Shown here: in pieces, positions 21,616 through 30,700 of the stretch | Layout: each line of letters begins with the position of its first letter | How positions within the stretch are numbered: the stretch's first letter is position 1 | Assembly: GCA_958296135.2 (NCBI GenBank) | Contig: CATQHZ020000001.1 | Span: forward strand, 64,001-128,000 | Origin: an uncultured Poribacteria bacterium | GTDB lineage: Bacteria > Poribacteria > WGA-4E > WGA-3G | Reading direction: 5' to 3' | DNA length: 64,000 bases | Made by a program: the position numbers and the translations under genes | The notes under the pieces: generated by a model | Seen by the model: only the letters and a program-made list of their open reading frames with translations | What the model was told of the DNA's origin: nothing | Databases searched by the model: none

Positions 21616-22684
21616 CTTCAAGGGATACCTCCGTGTTGAACTGCGCGCACCGCTGCTGATAGGCACGCAACGTCTCGATGGCTACCTCGCCGTGGAGCGG
21701 TTGCGGTTGATAGGTGGCGTGCGGTGTCTCTGTCACAATCGGAATTAACTCAATGGATGCCAGCACGCCGTCCGTCCACGTCGCCTTGGGGATGACAAGG
21801 TGCGTGTGCTGTTTGTCGTAAACGTCGTAGATGAAATCAGCGAGGCTATAGACAATAGGTTTTCCCTGATAGAGTTCTATCCCACCGAGGGTATGCAGCT
21901 GTTGGCAGAGCACCATATCGGCACCTGCGTCAATGAGCGCGTGGGCGAAGAGTTGTTGCCGGCCGAGGGCAGATTCGCGTTGCGTCGCATCGGGGGAGGC
22001 GGTACCCCAGTGCAGCCAGACGATGATGCGTTCGGCGTTTTGGCGTGCCTGCGCAACAGCGTTTACCATGTCGCTGTAAACGGCATACGCGACCGGGTCT
22101 GCCGTATACCGCGCAAAGTCAGTCTGCCGGTAATAGGCGAACAACGCCACCTGTTTTTCGGTGCCTTTGATAGAAACCCACGCCGGCCGCCGCGCTGCAG
22201 CTGCTGTCAGCCCGGCACCTATCGGTTTGACGTTGAACCCCTTGAGTTCGGCGAGGGTGTCTTGGAGTGCTTCCAAGCCGAAGTCCATGAGGTGCGGCGT
22301 GGCAAGGGAGACAGCATCAAACCCTGCATTCGCGAGGGCGCGGCCAAGCCCGGGTGCAGCGCGAAAAGGATGCTTGATACCAGGGCGCGGTTCACCTCTC
22401 TCCGAGATGCTGGTGTTGAGCGACGCGGTGGCGATGTCAGCGGATTGAATGAGGGGCGTAGTACCTTCAAAGAAGACGCGCGCACCTTCGGTTTCAATCA
22501 ACGGTGTCAACCGCGCCCCGACGGTGATGTCACCGACAGCGAGAACGGTTATCTCCTCGGCGATGGCGGCGGGGCATAAGCATACAAACGTAAGGCTTGA
22601 CAACGTCAAGACAGCCTGGTAAGTCAACCTTCTCTGCACAGCAGCAGCGGAACGACGCAGTGCGAAAGACAGAAAATGGCGCAT
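21590..22684 (-). CDS. CapA/poly-gamma-glutamate synthesis (PGA_cap) metallophosphoesterase-like protein
   Basis: VGDI, FDAVSLA, HWG, LIDAGAD, YSL motifs; some metal ligands look degenerate. Confidence 0.8.
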   Translation of the reverse strand: MRHFLSFALRRSAAAVQRRLTYQAVLTLSSLTFVCLCPAAIAEEITVLAVGDITVGARLTPLIETEGARVFFEGTTPLIQSADIATASLNTSISERGEPRPGIKHPFRAAPGLGRALANAGFDAVSLATPHLMDFGLEALQDTLAELKGFNVKPIGAGLTAAAARRPAWVSIKGTEKQVALFAYYRQTDFARYTADPVAYAVYSDMVNAVAQARQNAERIIVWLHWGTASPDATQRESALGRQQLFAHALIDAGADMVLCQQLHTLGGIELYQGKPIVYSLADFIYDVYDKQHTHLVIPKATWTDGVLASIELIPIVTETPHATYQPQPLHGEVAIETLRAYQQRCAQFNTEVSLEGERGWIRP

Positions 22685-22696
22685 GGGGTGCCTCCG

Positions 22697-23311
22697 TTAC
22701 GCTTCGGGCTCTTCTGGGAGTGCGAGGACTTCGTCAAGATCGATGTCACTCAGATGTTCTTCTTTGAGCTGCGTGCCGAGAATAATAAGCGCATCGGCGA
22801 GCGTAAGCCGGTCTACTTTGCCGATGTCAAGTGTCTCAGTTTCGGCAGCCAGGTCTGCGCGGAGTGCCTCGTGGTTGCGATGCGTCTGCTCGCGCATTCG
22901 CTGCGTCTCAGTGCTGAGCCGGTCGATTTGCGTTTGGAACTCGCGGGCGAACTCGTTGATGAGGGTGGACAACTTCTGCAAGTCGTCTTCGCCCTGATGC
23001 GTAATGCCGTTGAGCCGCGCATCGATGCGCGCATCAATCAGTGCCTCAATCCCCTGCGGGAGTTTCCGAATTTCCGCTTTGAGTGCTTCGACTTCGGCGA
23101 GGACCTGTTTTTCGAGCGCGGCCAGTTTTTCGTCGGCGCGCTTTTCGCTCTCTTCTACCTCGCGGCTGAGCGCGCGCAGCCGTTTGTTAACACTGCGGAT
23201 ATAACTACCGATGATGCTTTCGCGCAGGTAAGATTCGATTTCCTGCTGCCGAGATGCGGGTTCCTGCTGCGTCTCAGTCGCCTGCGATTGCGGAGTGCTG
23301 GGTGTTTGCAT
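22697..23311 (-). CDS. hypothetical coiled-coil protein
   Basis: 204-aa helical, charged ORF co-oriented with its neighbours; GAGG RBS. Confidence 0.7.
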   Translation of the reverse strand: MQTPSTPQSQATETQQEPASRQQEIESYLRESIIGSYIRSVNKRLRALSREVEESEKRADEKLAALEKQVLAEVEALKAEIRKLPQGIEALIDARIDARLNGITHQGEDDLQKLSTLINEFAREFQTQIDRLSTETQRMREQTHRNHEALRADLAAETETLDIGKVDRLTLADALIILGTQLKEEHLSDIDLDEVLALPEEPEA

Positions 23312-23323
23312 GGTTCAATTCCT

Positions 23324-24391
23324 CTACGGATAATTATAGAGATTTTCGGGGGGTTCCGTTTCGGTATCGAGAATTTCTGTCCCGGTGTCGCGGTGTCCCC
23401 CCGCGTCTGTTTCAATGCGATTCGCTGCAAATTCGCGCAGGATACAGCTGACAATCTCCTCCGTATACGCCTGCGCGTCGATGTTCTGTTGATTCGCCTC
23501 CCATGCCATTCGGGCGGCGGCTTCAAAATACTCCGCGTGCTTGTAGGCATCAAGCAAGTCTGCACCACGTGAGAAGGTGCCATGTCCTACCCAATACAGG
23601 ATGTGGCGCGGCGAATTGGGCGCGTTCTCGAACAACCGCAGGCTCTCGTAAGAGAGTTCGGGGATGCCGGGTGCACGCTCTTGCACAAATCCGATGCCGC
23701 CGGACGCGTCGTAGATAATGGGCGTTTCCGGTTCATAGCCGCGGAGAAAGGCGTAAAACCGGTCGGGATGCCCATGCGCGGTGCGCGAGATAAGGTTCAA
23801 GAACTTCGGTTGCAAGTGGACGAGCGCGGTGAAGCCGGGGGTGTCCACCAGCCGCTCAAAAATGAGGAGGTAGTGGAACATCTCACTCGTCGGCTTCGGT
23901 GCGGCTGCGCTGGTTTGCGTTAAGTCTGCCGCTGTCGGTGTGCCAAGACGCATGCGGTAGTGGGTGCCGTCTGGTTCCACTTCAATTACCGTTAAATTGA
24001 GCGCGGGATGTTCCGCTGCTATCATGTCGAGTCGCGCGCCGGATTTGGTGAGGAGCACGTGTTTCCCCGCGAGTCCGGGGACGACAATCTGTGGGGGTAG
24101 CGGGTAGCGCGGTGCCGCGTCATACGGGATGAGGCATGCCGCGTCGGCCGGTACCGCTAACATCGCGCCCATGTTGCCGGCGGATGCCCAGAGGTAGTGA
24201 TGTGCGTGTGCGTGCGCGCCTACCCAGCCCATCTGTCCAATGAGCGTGCCTGCCTCGCTGTCCGGCGATATCGGCCGAAGAGCGGGATGATAGCCGCGCT
24301 CGCGCCACCGCGCCTCACGATAACTCTGAGGTGAAGGTGCCGTCAACGCGTGCGTCAAATAAGGATTTGCTAACGGAAACTGCACTTGCAA
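23324..24391 (-). CDS. class II aldolase/adducin family protein (RhaD-like)
   Basis: AGNM, TKSG, KPTSE..H, LVHLQP, WVGHG, AEYFEAAA. Confidence 0.7.
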   Translation of the reverse strand: MQVQFPLANPYLTHALTAPSPQSYREARWRERGYHPALRPISPDSEAGTLIGQMGWVGAHAHAHHYLWASAGNMGAMLAVPADAACLIPYDAAPRYPLPPQIVVPGLAGKHVLLTKSGARLDMIAAEHPALNLTVIEVEPDGTHYRMRLGTPTAADLTQTSAAAPKPTSEMFHYLLIFERLVDTPGFTALVHLQPKFLNLISRTAHGHPDRFYAFLRGYEPETPIIYDASGGIGFVQERAPGIPELSYESLRLFENAPNSPRHILYWVGHGTFSRGADLLDAYKHAEYFEAAARMAWEANQQNIDAQAYTEEIVSCILREFAANRIETDAGGHRDTGTEILDTETEPPENLYNYP

Positions 24392-24426
24392 TAGATGTCC
24401 TTACGAGAGTTGTTAACTTTAATGCT

Positions 24427-24456
24427 ATTATACCCTATCTGTTTGGGGTTTGTCAA
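24427..24456 (-). promoter_or_regulatory. sigma70-type promoter for the aldolase-to-Lon gene run
   Basis: TTGACA-18 bp-TATAAT on the minus strand. Confidence 0.55.
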
Positions 24457-24638
24457 GTTTTTCTTTGCAATATTCATCTGAATAGGGTAAAATCTGCTAT
24501 AATTCAAATGAGTTGTCACAACGTAGGGCGGGGTTTGTTCCTCGCAATGCTAAATGAAGTAACAGACATGCAAGACTTGACAACGTCAAGACGGCCTGAG
24601 AAGACAACCATCTTATCCCTAGAGGAGTTGATCCGCGC

Positions 24639-26045
24639 ATGGCGAACGACAAAAACATGACGAGAACTGAAACAGATAGCATGGGCACACTCCACGTGCC
24701 CTCCGATAAATATTGGGGTGCGCAGACGCAGCGCGCGCGCCAGAATTTTCACATCGGTGATGAACGAATACCGCGCCCCGCTTTATGGGCCCTCGGCACA
24801 ATTAAACAGACGGTCGCGCATGTCAATGCCGCCCTCGGTCTGCTTGAACCGCACCTCGCCGAGACTATCGGTGCCGCTGCACAAGAGGTGATTGATGGCA
24901 CGCTAGACGCACACTTCCCTCTGCCCATCTGGCAGACCGGCAGCGGCACGCAGACGAACATGAATGTCAACGAAGTCATCGCCAACCGTGCGATTGAGAT
25001 GCTCGGGGGTGAGATAGGCAGCAAGCACCCCGTTCATCCGAATGATCACGTCAATAAATCCCAATCGACGAACGATGTGTTCCCGACGGCCATCCATCTT
25101 GCGATGATTCGGCAGATTCGGGAGCATCTCTTACCGCGGCTCGCCGCACTGCGCGAGGCGTTCTCTGATAAAGCCGCTCTCTTCGCCGATATTGTCAAAA
25201 TCGGCAGGACGCATTTGATGGACGCGACACCGCTCACGCTCGGGCAAGAGTTCAGTGCCTATACCCAACAACTTACAGCCGCCGAAGCCCGCATTGAAGC
25301 GGCATTGCCCGGACTCTGCGAACTGCCCATCGGCGGCACGGCCGTCGGCACCGGGCTCAATACGCATCCCGATTATACAGCGAAGGTGGTTGCACAGTTG
25401 GCGGCGACGACAGGGTATCCACTCAAGCGCGCCCCGAATGCGTTTGAAGCACTTGCCTGCAGGGATGCTGTTCTCAATGCAAGTGCCGCTTTGAAGACTC
25501 TCGCCACCGCGCTCTTTAAAATTGCGAACGACATCCGCTGGCTGGGGTCCGGCCCCCGGTGTGGGCTCGGAGAGTTGCAGCTCCCGCCGAATGAGCCGGG
25601 GAGCTCCATTATGCCCGGCAAAGTCAACCCAACGCAGTGTGAGGCAGTGACGATGGTGTGCGCGCAAGTAATGGGCAACGATACCACGCTAACGTTTGCG
25701 AATGCAAGCGGCGCGTTGCAACTCAATGTCTTCATGCCGGTTATCGCCTATAACGCCTTGCAATCCATCCAGCTCCTCGGCGACGCAGGCGACTCTTTCC
25801 GAAAGAATTGCGTTGAAGGCATCGTGCCGAACCGAGAAAAGATCGCACAGCATCTCTCCGAATCGCTCATGTTGGTGACGGCCCTCGCACCGCATATCGG
25901 CTATGATAGTGCTGCGAAAGTCGCACAGTATGCGCATGAACACGGCTGCACCCTCAGGGAGGCAGCCGTCGCGCTGGAAGTATTAACCGCCGCCGAATTT
26001 GACACGCATGTCGTGCCAGCGGAGATGACGAAGCCGAACTTGTAG
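24639..26045 (+). CDS. fumC: class II fumarate hydratase
   Basis: [34 protein letters not shown]. Confidence 0.97.
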   Translation: MANDKNMTRTETDSMGTLHVPSDKYWGAQTQRARQNFHIGDERIPRPALWALGTIKQTVAHVNAALGLLEPHLAETIGAAAQEVIDGTLDAHFPLPIWQTGSGTQTNMNVNEVIANRAIEMLGGEIGSKHPVHPNDHVNKSQSTNDVFPTAIHLAMIRQIREHLLPRLAALREAFSDKAALFADIVKIGRTHLMDATPLTLGQEFSAYTQQLTAAEARIEAALPGLCELPIGGTAVGTGLNTHPDYTAKVVAQLAATTGYPLKRAPNAFEALACRDAVLNASAALKTLATALFKIANDIRWLGSGPRCGLGELQLPPNEPGSSIMPGKVNPTQCEAVTMVCAQVMGNDTTLTFANASGALQLNVFMPVIAYNALQSIQLLGDAGDSFRKNCVEGIVPNREKIAQHLSESLMLVTALAPHIGYDSAAKVAQYAHEHGCTLREAAVALEVLTAAEFDTHVVPAEMTKPNL

Positions 26046-26102
26046 TATCCCGCCGATGGAATCATGGCGAGGGTTCCCCTCGCCATGCCGTGAACATTTT
26101 CC

Positions 26103-27590
26103 CTATAAAATCAACTGCAGCGTCGGTTGTAGCGGTTTGCCGGTGTAAGGATTTTTCATATCCGGCAGCCGCAGCCGCTTACCTTCAAAATGCGCTTGGA
26201 GCGACCAGGGTTGCACGCGGGGATACGTCTCTGTTCCCACGGTGACGGTGCCGAGCCGCAGGAGTTCCGCCTGCGCGTGCCGTGATGTGACAGGGTTCAA
26301 CGCGATGAATATCCCCATCGCCGCCTTCTCCCGTTCCAATGTCCATAAGAAATCGCGAAGTTGGCTCAAGTGGAATCTCCCACCTTTGACTTGCGCGAGC
26401 ACCAGTTTGGAGCCGCTGTCATCGGGCTGCAGGAGCGTGTGGCCTCTGCCATCGATGCCGCCATCGCCGGTTTGGATATCGTTCGGCGCGAACCCTTGTG
26501 AGGCACAATTCAATGCCCAGACCTCAAAGTGACGTGGATTTTCCCTGGCCAACTGCGCCGCTGCTGCAAAATCGGCTGGAATACCACTCGTCGGAATGGC
26601 TCTCCCCGGAAAGCGGTTTAACTTGATGACTTCCAATGCATGCGGCGAGATGTCGATGCCTATCCATTTGCGGTTCAATTTATCCGCAGCGGCGATTGTG
26701 GTACCACACCCACAGAAGGGATCCAGCACGATGTCGCCTTCATTAGTGGAAGCCAGAATGATGCGTTCCAAAAGTTTCAACGGCTTCTGAGTAGGATATC
26801 CAAGATATTCTCGGCTCCGCGTGGCAGTCTGAAAGGAGTGGATGTCATCCCATACATCGCCGTAGGGGATGCCGCCTTCATCTTCATAGTAGCGTCTATT
26901 GCCGCGTTGACGATACCGCCGGCCGTCCTCGTCTGTTTGCGTGAAGCTGCGCGCCATATATTCCGCTGAATAGGGTTCAAACTGCTTGTTGAACGTCGCC
27001 CGGTCCGATTTGACGTAATAGAGGATAGTGTCGTGGTCCCGAATCCAATTTGATGCTCGGCTTTTGAAACCCGAACGTGATTTCATTTGCCACACAATCT
27101 CACGGCGAAAATTTTCCGGTCCAAAGATGCAATCCATGAGCAACTTGAGGGGATGCGCCGCTGTCGCATCGCAGTGGAGGTAGACGCTGCCTGTCGGTTT
27201 GAGCAACCGATGCAGCACAGCAATGCGTTCCGCCATGTAGCTGAGATAGGCGAGCATGCCGCCTTCGCCCGGCCATTTGGCAAACGCTTCTATCACCCGA
27301 TGCGCGGGATGCGCGGGTGCATCGAGCAGATTAGCGACGCGCTCGGCGGCAGTGGCATTCCATCGCCAGGAGTCATTAAAGGCTTGGAGTTGTGCGTCGC
27401 GTGTGCCGCGATTGTCCTCGCTGGTTTCGTAAAGTTGATGATATTTGGCGTTGCTGTTAAACGGCGGATCGAGATAGCAGGTGTCGATGGTTTCATCGGG
27501 CCACTGTTGCAGCACTTCGAGGCAATCATCGTAATGTAAACTGTTAAGTTCAGGGAGTTTGAGCATGGGAGACCTCTTGTGCGGGATCAT
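26103..27590 (-). CDS. amino-DNA methyltransferase (beta class) fused to a C-terminal Mrr-like PD-(D/E)xK domain
   Basis: YLDPPF, YPTQKP, LDPFCGCGT; C-terminal DGGIDG...QVK. Confidence 0.88.
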   Translation of the reverse strand: MIPHKRSPMLKLPELNSLHYDDCLEVLQQWPDETIDTCYLDPPFNSNAKYHQLYETSEDNRGTRDAQLQAFNDSWRWNATAAERVANLLDAPAHPAHRVIEAFAKWPGEGGMLAYLSYMAERIAVLHRLLKPTGSVYLHCDATAAHPLKLLMDCIFGPENFRREIVWQMKSRSGFKSRASNWIRDHDTILYYVKSDRATFNKQFEPYSAEYMARSFTQTDEDGRRYRQRGNRRYYEDEGGIPYGDVWDDIHSFQTATRSREYLGYPTQKPLKLLERIILASTNEGDIVLDPFCGCGTTIAAADKLNRKWIGIDISPHALEVIKLNRFPGRAIPTSGIPADFAAAAQLARENPRHFEVWALNCASQGFAPNDIQTGDGGIDGRGHTLLQPDDSGSKLVLAQVKGGRFHLSQLRDFLWTLEREKAAMGIFIALNPVTSRHAQAELLRLGTVTVGTETYPRVQPWSLQAHFEGKRLRLPDMKNPYTGKPLQPTLQLIL

Positions 27591-27781
27591 CTGAGCTCTT
27601 CCCAGATCAGCATCGGGCTCCCGATGTCACTAACATCGGAGGGTTGCAAGCCCTAACGACTCAGGTGAATTTAGTATTAGAGTTGTAGGCGCGCGTTGTA
27701 AGCGCGCCTACGGGTGCCGTTGCACGGAACAAAGCCTCGCGCAACGGCACCCGAGACCGGTCCAACTCAGGCGAGCTGGAC

Positions 27782-30700
27782 TTAGGGACCCGGTGTCTCC
27801 ACGGGTTCGTCGGTGTCAACCTCCGTGATTGCCAGATTCTGGAAATCGTCAAACCCACTTCCTGCAGGGATGAGCCGGCCGAGGATGACGTTCTCCTTCA
27901 ACCCGAAGAGCTTGTCTGTCTGTCCCTTGACAGCGGCATCTGTCAGCACCTTCGTCGTCTGCTGGAACGAGGCGGCGGAGATGAAACTCTCTGTGCTGAG
28001 TGAGGCGCGGCTAATGCCTTGCAGAATGGGTTCGCCGGTAGCGGGTTCCCCGCCTGCATCGGTAACCAGCGCGTTGACTTGGGCGAATTTCCAGCGTGGC
28101 ACCTCACCGTTCTCGTGGAAGGGCGTATCGCCGGGTTCAAGCACGCGCACCTTCGTCAACATTTGTTTGACGATGGTCTCGAGGTGCTTGTCGTTGATGG
28201 CCCGTCCGCCGTAAACCTTTTGGATTTCCTCAACGAGGTATGTCCAGACTGCTTCCTCGCCTTCAATGGCCACATCTTCAATGAAGACACGCCCGATTCT
28301 GAGGATATCGTGCGGGTTGAGGTATCCATCGGTGAGCGGTTGCCCCGCCTCAACCCGGTCGCCTTCGGTGACGCGTCGTTTTTCGTCAGGAATGGCGTAG
28401 AGGCGGCTTTCGTGCCCTTCATCAACGATACGGTATGTCGGCACACCCGCTTTGGTGCCAGCGGACTCAATGAATCCCTCAATCTCAGCGATTTCTGCCG
28501 CGTCCTCACGTTTTGGACGACGCGCCTCAAAAAGGTCTGTCACGCGCGGAATCCCTGCAACGATGTCCATGTTCGCAGTCTTTTCATGGAGTTCGGCAAG
28601 GGTTTGTTCCACTTTGATAGGCTCGCCCTCTTTGACAGAGAAGGAGTAACCGGCGGTGATGAGATGCGGCACCCGATGCCCATCGGCCGTCTCTACCTCA
28701 ATGTGCATCCGCAGTGCAGGTTCATCGGTATCAAATCCGGGGTAGTGGTCGAACGCGCTTTGGTATTCGACTTCGGATAATTCGTCCCCTACCTTATACG
28801 GACAATTCGGGTGATGCACAGCCGTAACGGTATACTTCCGGAGGGCACGGTAGGCCGCCGCGGTGAGGATTTCGGCCCTATCAAAGGGAAACTGCGTCTT
28901 CGGTTCGTCGACGTAGACCTGATACTTCTCGCAGGCGGCCTGATAGTCGGTTTCAGAAAGATTCTGTTCGACTGTCATGCCGCACTCTGGGTTGAGAACT
29001 GCCTTAACCTGCCAGAATTTCACGAGGCGCGGCTTCTCCCACAGCGAGACAGGGCGCTCTAAATTGTCAACGACGTGCTTATAGCGCGCTACCACAGTGA
29101 AGTCGGCCTTCGCATCGGCCTTCGCATCGGCCTTCGCATCGGTTGACGCGTCTTCTGGAAGCCCAATTGCCGCCACTTCTGGTTCGTCCGGAATGACTCC
29201 AAAGAGGGGTTCAACGTCGAACCCTTTGAATTTCTGTTGGAGTTTCTTGTACTCCTTATCCGTGAGTTCGTCGCCGCTTTCAACGGGGAGTCCTGGGTGA
29301 TAGACAGCAAGCACGCGATGTCGGGGGATGCCCTTATCCTTAATCGTCGGTTCCGTTTTGCGCCGCGTTTTGTCTCGCGTCTCCATTTTGCGTCGCGCCT
29401 GATACTCCGCTTCGGTGAGTCGCTGGACAGGTTCGGCAGCTAAGGGTTGCCACGTTTCCAATTCCGCCTGCGTTAGGATATCGCCCGGCTTAACGCCTGG
29501 AGAGTCCTTTTGCGCTTTCTTGTAGGCGGCGTTGGAAATATCCTGTCCAACCTCCAGTTTGCAGGCGGAATGGAAAACTTCGGTAACGCGCCAGACGTGC
29601 TTGGAGCCCTTCCCGGTAAAAGCGGGCCCTGTTAACGCTTCTGCGGTGAACCCAGGCTTCGCTTCGGTGACGCGAGAGTAGTGCCCTTCGGGCACATCGT
29701 AGGAGTGTTCGACATCAAACGCTTTGAACTTCCGGCGGTATGCCGATGCCTCCTTGGGTGTCATCAGTTCACCCTTCTGCAAAGGGCTGCCCGAGCAATG
29801 AACGGCGGCGATGCGATTGAGGCGCGTGGCTTCAAGCGAACCAACGTGGGCTTCAATGCCACGGAATTGATTCCGCCCCTTTTTTGCCTCGACATCGCTC
29901 ATCAAAGTGCCAGGGGCAAGTGTGCATTCGGGATGATGGATATAGGTGACGCGATGCCGCAACTTCTGGACATCAAAACCCATCCAGCGTGCAAGCATTG
30001 CGTCTTTATCCGTTGTCGTTAAATCCTGACCCGGTTTCAACGGGCAGTCACGATGATGCACTGCCGTGACGTGGTGCAACACTTCCGAGACTCTCTCGGA
30101 TTCAAAGGGCCGATAGTTGGCACACGCTTCTTCGTAAGCATAGCGCGTCAGCATTTCGCCGGCGTGCAGCGGGGCGTTTGCGTCGATAACGTAGACAGGG
30201 TTCGGGGCTTCCTCGAAAGGCGTAAACCACGGGGAAATCTCCCCTGCGGCAACTATCTGTCCGATTTCATAAGGGAAGTCCGGGTGCGCGCTCTCGGTGA
30301 TACGGTAAACGCGTTCAAAAGGCGTGCCTTCCGCAAGGGATGTATCAGCAGAAACCAGGTCTCCCGCCATTGCAGGTGACGTGTCTACCGGCATCGCTGT
30401 CTCCGCTATATCTTCAAGCGACTCCACAGCCGTTTCCGAACTGGGCACCAATTCTTCAACCGACTCGAAAATCTCGCCGGTTTCCGGGATACGGTAACAC
30501 CATTCGCCATCAAAGCCGTTCCGAATCTCTGCCTTGTGCTCCCCGATTTCTGCTTCGGTAAGCAGGTCCCCGGGGCGAACGTTGACAGCAGCAAGCTGGA
30601 CATCCGCTATCTCGCGTTTTTCGGTTGCAAAGCGAGGCAGACCGTAGGTGATTCTCGCTTGATGCCACTGTGCAGCAGAAAGCCGGTCGCCGACTTGCAA

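Noticed and set aside
24568-24660. Leader peptide upstream of fumC ([14 protein letters not shown]...)
   Set aside because: It is the translation of the dispersed hairpin element and has no independent coding support.
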